From the human T2T-CHM13v2.0 reference genome, Homo sapiens, in assembly GCF_009914755.1 (NCBI RefSeq), contig NC_060926.1: a stretch of DNA of 64,000 bases; one strand, 5' to 3'. Both the position numbers and the translations under genes were made by a program. Shown in pieces: positions 28,540 through 40,400 of this stretch; the stretch's first letter is position 1, and every line of letters starts with the position of its first letter. The notes under the pieces were generated by a model. It did not search any database, was not told the origin of the DNA, and saw only the letters and a list, made by a program, of their open reading frames with translations.

Positions 28540-31240
28540 AGCAGTTTTGAAACACTCTTTTTGTGGAATCTGCAAGTGGATATTTGTCTAGCTTTGAGGA
28601 TTTCGTTGGAAACGGGATTAATTATAAAAAGCAGACAGCAGCATTCCCAGAATCTTGTTTGTGATGTTTGCATTCAAGTCACAGAGTTGAACATTCCCTT
28701 TCAGAGAGCAGGTTTGAAACACTCTTTTTATAGTATCTGGATGTGGACATTTGGAGCGCTTTCAGGCCTATGATGAAAAAGGAAATATCTTCTCCTGAAA
28801 ACTAGACAGAAGCATTCTCAGAATCTTATTTGTGATGTGCGCCCTCAACTAACAGTGTTGAAGCTTTCTTTTGATAGAGCAGTTTTGAAACACTCTTTTC
28901 GTAAAATCTGCAAGAGGATATTTGGATAGCTTTGAGGATTTCGTTGGAAACGGGATTGTCTTCATATAAACTCTAGACAGAAGCATTCTCAGAAGCTTCA
29001 TTGGGATGTTTCAATTGAAGTCACAGTGTTGAACAGTCCCTTTCATAGAGCAGGTTTGAAACACTCTTTTTGTAGTATCTGGAAGTGGACATTTGGAGAG
29101 ATCTCAGGAATACGGTGATAAAGGTAATATCTTCCAATAAAAGCTAGATAGAAGCAATGTCAGAAACTTTTTCATGATGTATCTACTCAGCTAACAGAGT
29201 TGAACCTTTCTTTTGAGAGAGCAGTTTTGAAACACTCTTTTTGTGGAATCTGCAAGTGGATATTTGTCTAGCTTTGAGGATTTCGTTGGAAACGGGATTA
29301 CATATAAAAAGCAGACAGCAGCATTCCCAGTAACTTCTTTGTGATGTTTGCATTCAAGTCACAGAGTTGAACATTCCCTTTCATAGAGCAGGTTTGAAAC
29401 ACTTTTTTTGTAGTATCTGGATGTGGACATTTGGAGCGCTTTCAGGCCTATGGTGAAAAAGGAAATATCTTCCAATAAAAGCTACATAGAAGCAATGTCA
29501 GAAACTTTTTCATGATGTATCTACTCAGCTAACAGAGTTGAACCTTTCTTTTGAGAGAGCAGTTTTGAAACACTCTTTTTGTAAAATCTGCAAGAGGATA
29601 TTTGGATAGCTTTGAGGATTTCGTTGGAAACGGGATTGTCTTCATATAAACTCTAGACAGAAGCATTCTCAGAAGCTTCATTGGGATGTTTCAATTGAAG
29701 TCACAGTGTTGAACAGTCCCTTTCATAGAGCAGGTTTGAAACACTCTTTTTGTAGTATCTGGATGTGGACATTTGGAGCGCTTTCAGGCCTATGGTTTAA
29801 AAGGAAATATCTTCCCCTGAAAACTAGACAGAAGCATTCTCAGAAACTTATTTGTGATGTGCGCCCTCAACTAACAGTGTTGAAGCATTCTTTTGATAGA
29901 GCAGTTTTGAAACACTCTTTTTGTGGAATCTGCAAGTGGATATTTGTCTAGCTTTGAGGATTTCGTTGGAAACGGGATTAATTATAAAAAGCAGACAGCA
30001 GCATTCCCAGAATCTTGTTTGTGATGTTTGCATTCAAGTCACAGAGTTGAACATTCCCTTTCAGAGAGCAGGTTTGAAACACTCTTTTTATAGTATCTGG
30101 ATGTGGACATTTGGAGCGCTTTCAGGCCTATGATGAAAAAGGAAATATCTTCTCCTGAAAACTAGACAGAAGCATTCTCAGAATCTTATTTGTGATGTGC
30201 GCCCTCAACTAACAGTGTTGAAGCTTTCTTTTGATAGAGCAGTTTTGAAACACTCTTTTCGTAAAATCTGCAAGAGGATATTTGGATAGCTTTGAGGATT
30301 TCGTTGGAAACGGGATTGTCTTCATATAAACTCTAGACAGAAGCATTCTCAGAAGCTTCATTGGGATGTTTCAATTGAAGTCACAGTGTTGAACAGTCCC
30401 TTTCATAGAGCAGGTTTGAAACACTCTTTTTGTAGTATCTGGAAGTGGACATTTGGAGAGATCTCAGGAATACGGTGATAAAGGTAATATCTTCCAATAA
30501 AAGCTAGATAGAAGCAATGTCAGAAACTTTTTCATGATGTATCTACTCAGCTAACAGAGTTGAACCTTTCTTTTGAGAGAGCAGTTTTGAAACACTCTTT
30601 TTGTGGAATCTGCAAGTGGATATTTGTCTAGCTTTGAGGATTTCGTTGGAAACGGGATTACATATAAAAAGCAGACAGCAGCATTCCCAGTAACTTCTTT
30701 GTGATGTTTGCATTCAAGTCACAGAGTTGAACATTCCCTTTCATAGAGCAGGTTTGAAACACTTTTTTTGTAGTATCTGGATGTGGACATTTGGAGCGCT
30801 TTCAGGCCTATGGTGAAAAAGGAAATATCTTCCAATAAAAGCTACATAGAAGCAATGTCAGAAACTTTTTCATGATGTATCTACTCAGCTAACAGAGTTG
30901 AACCTTTCTTTTGAGAGAGCAGTTTTGAAACACTCTTTTTGTAAAATCTGCAAGAGGATATTTGGATAGCTTTGAGGATTTCGTTGGAAACGGGATTGTC
31001 TTCATATAAACTCTAGACAGAAGCATTCTCAGAAGCGTCATTGGGATGTTTCAATTGAAGTCACAGTGTTGAACAGTCCCTTTCATAGAGCAGGTTTGAA
31101 ACACTCTTTTTGTAGTATCTGGATGTGGACATTTGGAGCGCTTTCAGGCCTATGGTTTAAAAGGAAATATCTTCCCCTGAAAACTAGACAGAAGCATTCT
31201 CAGAAACTTATTTGTGATGTGCGCCCTCAACTAACAGTGT
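28540..31240 (+). repeat. Tandem duplication of a 1360-bp 8-mer variant
   Basis: The string GGGATTAATTATAAAAAG...CCTATGATG...GAGATCTCAGGAATACGGTGATAAAGGTAAT...CACTTTTTTTG occurs twice at +1360 (ORF-track pairs 28561/29921 and 29706/31066). Confidence 0.88.
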
Positions 31241-34200
31241 TGAACCTTTCTTTTGATAGAGCAGTTTTGAAACACTCTTTTTGTAATATCTGCAAGAGGA
31301 TATTTGGATAGCTTTGAGGATTTCGTTGGAAACGGGATTACATATAAAAAGCAGACAGCAGCATTCCCAGAAACTTCTTTGTGATGTTTGCATTCAAGTC
31401 ACAGAGTTGAACATTCCCTTTCATAGAGCAGGTTTGAAACACTCTTTTTGTAGTATCTGGATGTGGACATTTGCAGCGCTTTCAGGCCTAAGGTGAAAAA
31501 GGAAATATCTTCCCCTGAAAACTAGACAGAAGCATTCTCAGAAACTTATTTGTGATGTGCGCCCTCAACTAACAGTGTTGAACCTTTCTTTTGATAGAGC
31601 AGTTTTGAAACACTCTTTTTGTAATATCTGCAAGAGGATATTTGGATAGCTTTGAGGATTTCGTTGGAAACGGGATTGTCTTCATATAAACTCTAGACAG
31701 AAGCATTCTCAGAAGCTTCATTGGGATGTTTCAATTGAAGTCACAGTGTTGAACAGTCCCTTTCATAGAGCAGGTTTGAAACACTCTTTTTGTAGTATCT
31801 GGATGTGGACATTTGGAGCGCTTTCAGGCCTATGGTTTAAAAGGAAATATCTTCCCCTGAAAACTAGACAGAAGCATTCTCAGAAACTTATTTGTGATGT
31901 GCGCCCTCAACTAACAGTGTTGAAGCATTCTTTTGATAGAGCAGTTTTGAAACACTCTTTTTGTGGAATATGGAAGTGGATATTTGTCTAAATTTGAGGA
32001 TTTCGTTGGAAACGGGATTACATATAAAAAGCAGACAGCAGCATTCCCAGTAACATCTTTGTGATGTTTGCATTCAAGTCACAGAGTTGAACATTCCCTT
32101 TCATAGAGCAGGTTTGAAACACTTTTTTTGTAGTATCTGGATGTGGACATTTGGAGCGCTTTCAGGCCTATGGTGAAAAAGGAAATATCTTCCAATAAAA
32201 GCTACATAGAAGCAATGTCAGAAACTTTTTCATGATGTATCTACTCAGCTAACAGAGTTGAACCTTTCTTTTGAGAGAGCAGTTTTGAAACACTCTTTTT
32301 GTAAAATCTGCAAGAGGATATTTGGATAGCTTTGAGGATTTCGTTGGAAACGGGATTGTCTTCATATAAACTCTAGACAGAAGCATTCTCAGAAGCGTCA
32401 TTGGGATGTTTCAATTGAAGTCACAGTGTTGAACAGTCCCTTTCATAGAGCAGGTTTGAAACACTCTTTTTGTAGTATCTGGATGTGGACATTTGGAGCG
32501 CTTTCCGGCCTATGGTTTAAAAGGAAATATCTTCCCCTGAAAACTAGACAGAAGCATTCTCAGAAACTTATTTGTGATGTGCGCCTTCAACTAACAGTGT
32601 TGAAGCATTCTTTTGATAGAGCAGTTTTGAAACACTCTTTTTGTGGAATCTGCAAGTGGATATTTGTCTAGCTTTGAGGATTTCGTTGGAAACGGGATTA
32701 CATATAAAAAGCAGACAGCAGCATTCCCAGAAACTTCTTTGTGATGTTTGCATTCAAGTCACAGAGTTGAACATTCCCTTTCAGAGAGCAGGTTTGAAAC
32801 ACTCTTTTTGTAGTATCTGGATGTGGACATTTGGAGCGCTTTCAGCCCTATGGTGAAAAAGGAAATATCTTCCCCTGAAAACTAGACAGAAGCATTCTCA
32901 GAATCTTATTTGTGATGTGCGCCCTCAACTAACAGTGTTGAAGCTTTCTTTTGATAGAGCAGTTTTGAAACACTCTTTTTGTAAAATCTGCAAGAGGATA
33001 TTTGGATAGCTTTGAGGATTTCGTTGGAAACGGGATTGTCTTCATATAAACTCTAGACAGAAGCATTCTCAGAAGCTTCATTGGGATGTTTCAATTGAAG
33101 TCACAGTGTTGAACAGTCCCTTTCATAGAGCAGGTTTGAAACACTCTTTTTGTAGTATCTGGAAGTGGACATTTGGAGCGCTCTCAGGACTTCGGTGAAA
33201 AAGGAACTATCTTCCAATAAAAGCTAGATAGAAGCAATGTCAGAAACTTTTTCATGATGTATCTACTCAGCTAACAGAGTTGAACCTTCCTTTGAGAGAG
33301 CAGTTTTGAAACACTCTTTTTGTGGAATCTGCAAGTGGATATTTGTCTAGCTTTGAGGATTTCGTTGGAAACGGGATTACATATAAAAAGCAGACAGCAG
33401 CATTCCAAGAAACTTCTTTGTGATGTTTGCATTCAAGTCACAGAGTTGAACATTCCCTTTCATAGAGCAGGTTTGAAACACTCTTTTTGTAGTATCTGGA
33501 TGTGGACATTTGCAGCGCTTTCAGGCCTAAGGTGAAAAAGGAAATATCTTCCCCTGAAAACTAGACAGAAGCATTCTCAGAAACTTATTTGTGATGTGCG
33601 CCCTCAACTAACAGTGTTGAAGCTTTCTTTTGATAGAGCAGTTTTGAAACACTCTTTTTGTAATATCTGCAAGAGGATATTTGGATAGCTTTGAGGATTT
33701 CGTTGGAAACGGGATTAATTGTAAAAAGCAGACAGCAGCATTCCCAGAATCTTGTTTGTGATGTTTGCATTCAAGTCACAGAGTTGAACATTCCCTTTCA
33801 GAGAGCAGGTTTGAAACACTCTTTTTATAGTATCTGGATGTGGACATTTGGAGCGCTTTCAGGCCTATGGTGAAAAAGGAAATATCTTCTCCTGAAAACT
33901 AGACAGAAGCATTCTCAGAATCTTATTTGTGATGTGCGCCTTCAACTAACAGTGTTGAAGCTTTCTTTTGATAGAGCAGTTTTGAAACACTCTTTTCGTA
34001 AAATCTGCAAGAGGATATTTTGATAGCTTTGAGGATTTCGTTGGAAACGGGATTGTCTTCATATAAACTCTAGACAGAAGCATTCTCAGAAGCTTCATTG
34101 GGATGTTTCAATTGAAGTCACAGTGTTGAACAGTCCCTTTCATAGAGCAGGTTTGAAACACTCTTTTTGTAGTATCTGGAAGTGGACATTTGGAGAGATC

Positions 34201-37200
34201 TCAGGAATACGGTGATAAAGGAAATATCTTCCAATAAAAGCTAGATAGAAGCAATGTCAGAAACTTTTTCATGATGTATCTACTCAGCTAACAGAGTTGA
34301 ACCTTTCTTTTGAGAGAGCAGTTTTGAAACACTCTTTTTGTGGAATCTGCAAGTGGATATTTGTCTAGCTTTGAGGATTTCGTTGGAAACGGGATTACAT
34401 ATAAAAAGCAGACAGCAGCATTCCCAGTAACTTCTTTGTGAGGTTTGCATTCAAGTGACAGAGTTGAACATTCCCTTTCATAGAGCAGGTTTGAAACACT
34501 CTTTTTGTAGTATCTGGATGTGGACATTTGGAGCGCTTTCAGGCCTATGGTGAAAAAGGAAATATCTTCCAATAAAAGCTACATAGAAGCAATGTCAGAA
34601 ACTTTTTCATGATGTATCTACTCAGCTAACAGAGTTGAACCTTTCTTTTGAGAGAGCAGTTTTGAAACACTCTTTTTGTGGAATCTGGAAGTGGATATTT
34701 GTCTACCTTTGAGGATTTCGTTGGAAACGGGATTACATATAAAAAGCAGACAGCAGCATTCCCAGTAACTTCTTTGTGACGTTTGCATTCAAGTCACAGA
34801 GTTGAACATTCCCTTTCATAGAGCAGGTTTGAAACACTCTTTTTGTAGTATCTGGATGTGGACATTTGGAGCGCTTTCAGGCCTATGGTGAAAAAGGAAA
34901 TATCTTCCCCTGAAAACTAGACAGAAGAATTCTCAGAATCTTATTTGTGATGTGCGCCATCAACTAACAGTGTTGAAGCTTTCTTTTGATAGAGCAGTTT
35001 TGAAACACTCTTTTTGTAAAATCTGCAAGAGGATATTTGGATAGCTTTGAGGATTTCGTTGGAAACGGGATTGTCTTCATATAAACTCTAGACAGAAGCA
35101 TTCTCAGAAGCGTCATTGGGATGTTTCAATTGAAGTCACAGTGTTGAACATTCCCTTTCATAGAGCAGGTTTGAAACACTCTTTTTGTAGTATCTGGATG
35201 TGGACATTTGGAGCGCTTTCAGGCCTATGGTTTAAAAGGAAATATCTTCCCCTGAAAACTAGACAGAAGCATTCTCAGAAACTTATTTGTGATGTGCGCC
35301 CTCAACTAACAGTGTTGAAGCATTCTTTTGATAGAGCAGTTTTGAAACACTCTTTTTGTGGAATCTGCAAGTGGATATTTGTCTAGCTTTGAGGATTTCG
35401 TTGGAAACGGGATTACATATAAAAAGCAGACAGCAGCATTCCCAGTAACTTCTTTGTGATGTTTGCATTCAAGTCAGAGAGTTGAACATTCCCTTTCATA
35501 GAGCAGGTTTGAAACACTCTTTTTGAAGTATCTGGTTGTGGACATTTGGAGCGCTTTCAGGCCTATGGTGAAAAAGGAAATATCTTCCCCTGAAAACTAG
35601 ACAGAAGCATTCTCAGAAACTTATTTGTGATGTGCGCCCTCAACTAACAGTGTTGAACCTTTCTTTTGATAGAGCAGTTTTGAAACACTCTTTTTGTAAT
35701 ATCTGCAAGAGGATATTTGGATAGCTTTGAGGATTTCGTTGGAAACGGGATTGTCTTCATATAAACTCTAGACAGAAGCATTCTCAGAAGCTTCATTGGG
35801 ATGTTTCAATTGAAGTCACAGTGTTGAACAGTCCCTTTCATAGAGCAGGTTTGAAACACTCTTTTTGTAGTATCTGGAAGTGGACATTTGGAGCGCTCTC
35901 AGGACTACGATGATAAAGGAAATATCTTCCAATAAAAGCTAGATAGAAGCAATGTCAGAAACTTTTTCATGATGTATCTACTCAGCTAACAGAGTTGAAC
36001 CTTTCTTTTGAGAGAGCAGTTTTGAAACACTCTTTTTGTGGAATCTGCAAGTGGATATTTGTCTAGCTTTGAGGATTTCGTTGGAAACGGGATTACATAT
36101 AAAAAGCAGACAGCAGCATTCCCAGAATCTTCTTTGTGATGTTTGCATTCAAGTCACAGAGTTGAACATTCCCTTTCATAGAGCAGGTTTGAAACACTCT
36201 TTTTGTAGTATCTGGATGTGGACATTTGGAGCGCTTTCAGGCCTATGGTGAAAAAGGAAATATCTTCCCCTGAAAACTAGACAGAAGCATTCTCAGAATC
36301 TTATTTGTGATGTGCGCCCTCAACTAACAGTGTTGAAGCTTTCTTTTGATAGAGCAGTTTTGAAACACTCTTTTTGTAAAATCTGCAAGAGGATATTTGG
36401 ATAGCTTTGAGGATTTCGTTGGAAACGGGATTGTCTTCATATAAACTCTAGACAGAAGCATTCTCAGAAGCTTCATTGGGATGTTTCAATTGAAGTCACA
36501 GTGTTGAACAGTCCCTTTCATAGAGCAGGTTTGAAACACTCTTTTTGTAGTATCTGGAAATGGACATTTGGAGCGCTCTCAGGACTGCGGTGAAAAAGGA
36601 AATATCTTCCAATAAAAGCTAGATAGAAGCAATGTCAGAAACTTTTTCATGATGTATCTACTCAGCTAACAGAGTTGAACCTTCATTTGAGAGAGCAGTT
36701 TTGAAACACTCGTTTTGTGGAATCTGCAAGTGGATATTTGTCTAGCTTTGAGGATTTCGTTGGAAACGGGATTACATATAAAAAGCACACAGCAGCATTC
36801 CCAGAAACTTCTTTGTGATGTTTGCATTCAAGTCAGAGAGTTGAACATTCCCTTTCATAGAGCAGGTTTGAAACACTCTTTTTGTAGTATCTGGATGTGG
36901 ACATTTGCAGCGCTTTCAGGCCTAAGGTGAAAAAGGAAATATCTTCCCTTGAAAACTAGACAGAAGCATTCTCAGAAACTTATTTGTGATGTGCGCCCTC
37001 AACTAACAGTGTTCAAGCTTTCTTTTGATAGAGCAGTTTTGAAACACTCTTTTTGTAATATCTGCAAGAGGATATTTGGATAGCTTTGAGGATTTCGTTG
37101 GAAACGGGTTTGTCTTCATATAAATTCTAGACAGAAGCATTCTCAGAAGCTTCATTGGGATGTTTCAATTGAAGTCACAGTGTTGAACAGTTCCTTTCAT

Positions 37201-37434
37201 AGAACAGGTTTGAAACACTCTTTTTGTAGTATCTGGAAGTGGACATTTGGAGCGCTCTCAGGACTATGGTGAAAAAGGAAATATCTTCCAATAAAAGCTA
37301 CATAGAAGCAATGTCAGAAACTTTTTCATGATGTATCTACTCAGCTAACAGAGTTGAACCTTTCCTTTGAGAGAGCAGTTTTGAAACACTCTTTTTGTGG
37401 AATCTGCAAGTGGATATTTGTCTAGCTTTGAGGA

Positions 37435-37451
37435 TTTCTTTGGAAACGGGA
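37435..37451 (+). promoter_or_regulatory. Disrupted CENP-B box (TTTCTTTGGAAACGGGA)
   Basis: A G>T change at 37439 removes the G of the TTCG core, one of the nine bases required in NTTCGNNNNANNCGGGN. The same allele is at 45586-45602 and 53402-53418. Confidence 0.9.
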
Positions 37452-40400
37452 TTACATATAAAAAGCAGACAGCAGCATTCCCAGTAACTTCTTTGTGATG
37501 TTTGCATTCAAGTCACAGAGTTGAATATTCCCTTTCATAGAGCAGGTTTGAAACACTCTTTTTGTAGTATCTGGATGTGGACATTTGGAGCGCTTTCAGG
37601 CCTATGGTGAAAAAGGAAATATCTTCCCCTGAAAACTAGACAGAAGCATTCTCAGAAACTTATTTGTGATGTGCGCCCTCAACTAACAGTGTTGAACCTT
37701 TCTTTTGATAGAGCAGTTTTGAAACACTCTTTTTGTAATATCTGCAAGAGGATATTTGGATAGCTTTGAGGATTTCGTTGGAAACGGGATTACATATAAA
37801 AAGCAGACAGCAGCATTCCCAGAAACTTCTTTGTGATGTTTGCATTCAAGTCACAGAGTTGAACATTCCCTTTCATAGAGCAGGTTTGAAACACTCTTTT
37901 TGTAGTATCTGGATGTGGACATTTGCAGCGCTTTCAGGCCTAAGGTGAAAAAGGAAATATCTTCCCCTGAAAACTAGACAGAAGCATTCTCAGAAACTTA
38001 TTTGTGATGTGCGCCCTCAACTAACAGTGTTGAACCTTTCTTTTGATAGAGCAGTTTTGAAACACTCTTTTTGTAAAATCTGCAAGAGGATATTTGGATA
38101 GCTTTGAGGATTTCGTTGGAAACGGGATTGTCTTCATATAAACTCTAGACAGAAGCATTCTCAGAAGCTTCATTGGGATGTTTCAATTGAAGTCACAGTG
38201 TTGAACAGTCCCTTTCATAGAGCAGGTTTGAAACACTCTTTTTGTAGTATCTGGATGTGGACATTTGGAGCGCTTTCAGGCCTATGGTTTAAAAGGAAAT
38301 ATCTTCCCCTGAAAACTAGACAGAAGCATTCTCAGAAACTTATTTGTGATGTGCGCCCTCAACTAACAGTGTTGAAGCATTCTTTTGATAGAGCAGTTTT
38401 GAAACACTCTTTTTGTGGAATCTGCAAGTGGATATTTGTCTAGCTTTGAGGATTTCGTTGGAAACGGGATTAATTATAAAAAGCAGACAGCAGCATTCCC
38501 AGAATCTTGTTTGTGATGTTTGCATTCAAGTCACAGAGTTGAACATTCCCTTTCAGAGAGCAGGTTTGAAACACTCTTTTTATAGTATCTGGATGTGGAC
38601 ATTTGGAGCGCTTTCAGGCCTATGATGAAAAAGGAAATATCTTCTCCTGAAAACTAGACAGAAGCATTCTCAGAATCTTATTTGTGATGTGCGCCCTCAA
38701 CTAAGAGTGTTGAAGCTTTCTTTTGATAGAGCAGTTTTGAAACACTCTTTTCGTAAAATCTGCAAGAGGATATTTGGATAGCTTTGAGGATTTCGTTGGA
38801 AACGGGATTGTCTTCATATAAACTCTAGACAGAAGCATTCTCAGAAGCTTCATTGGGATGTTTCAATTGAAGTCACAGTGTTGAACAGTCCCTTTCATAG
38901 AGCAGGTTTGAAACACTCTTTTTGTAGTATCTGGAAGTGGACATTTGGAGAGATCTCAGGAATACGGTGATAAAGGTAATATCTTCCAATAAAAGCTAGA
39001 TAGAAGCAATGTCAGAAACTTTTTCATGATGTATCTACTCAGCTAACAGAGTTGAACCTTTCTTTTGAGAGAGCAGTTTTGAAACACTCTTTTTGTGGAA
39101 TCTGCAAGTGGATATTTGTCTAGCTTTGAGGATTTCGTTGGAAACGGGATTACATATAAAAAGCAGACAGCAGCATTCCCAGTAACTTCTTTGTGATGTT
39201 TGCATTCAAGTCACAGAGTTGAACATTCCCTTTCATAGAGCAGGTTTGAAACACTTTTTTTGTAGTATCTGGATGTGGACATTTGGAGCGCTTTCAGGCC
39301 TATGGTGAAAAAGGAAATATCTTCCAATAAAAGCTACATAGAAGCAATGTCAGAAACTTTTTCATGATGTATCTACTCAGCTAACAGAGTTGAACCTTTC
39401 TTTTGAGAGAGCAGTTTTGAAACACTCTTTTTGTAAAATCTGCAAGAGGATATTTGGATAGCTTTGAGGATTTCGTTGGAAACGGGATTGTCTTCATATA
39501 AACTCTAGACAGAAGCATTCTCAGAAGCGTCATTGGGATGTTTCAATTGAAGTCACAGTGTTGAACAGTCCCTTTCATAGAGCAGGTTTGAAACACTCTT
39601 TTTGTAGTATCTGGATGTGGACATTTGGAGCGCTTTCAGGCCTATGGTTTAAAAGGAAATATCTTCCCCTGAAAACTAGACAGAAGCATTCTCAGAAACT
39701 TATTTGTGATGTGCGCCTTCAACTAACAGTGTTGAAGCATTCTTTTGATAGAGCAGTTTTGAAACACTCTTTTTGTGGAATCTGCAAGTGGATATTTGTC
39801 TAGCTTTGAGGATTTCGTTGGAAACGGGATTACATATAAAAAGCAGACAGCAGCATTCCCAGAAACTTCTTTGTGATGTTTGCATTCAAGTCACAGAGTT
39901 GAACATTCCCTTTCATAGAGCAGGTTTGAAACACTCTTTTTGTAGTATCTGGATGTGGACATTTGGAGCGCTTTCAGGCCTAAGGTGAAAAAGGAAATAT
40001 CTTCCCCTGAAAACTAGACAGAAGCATTCTCAGAAACTTATTTGTGATGTGCGCCCTCAACTAACAGTGTTGAACCTTTCTTTTGATAGAGCAGTTTTGA
40101 AACACTCTTTTTGTAATATCTGCAAGAGGATATTTGGATAGCTTTGAGGATTTCGTTGGAAACGGGATTGTCTTCATATAAACTCTAGACAGAAGCATTC
40201 TCAGAAGCTTCATTGGGATGTTTCAATTGAAGTCACAGTGTTGAACAGTTCCTTTCATAGAACAGGTTTGAAACACTCTTTTTGTAGTATCTGGAAGTGG
40301 ACATTTGGAGCGCTCTCAGGACTAGGGTGAAAAAGGAAATATCTTCCAATAAAAGCTAGATAGAAGCAATGTCAGAAACTTTTTCATGATGTATCTACTC

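Noticed and set aside
32505-32508. Singleton CCGG site and other isolated single-base variants
   Set aside because: Single-copy SNVs cannot be distinguished from sequencing error and are useful only as mapping markers.
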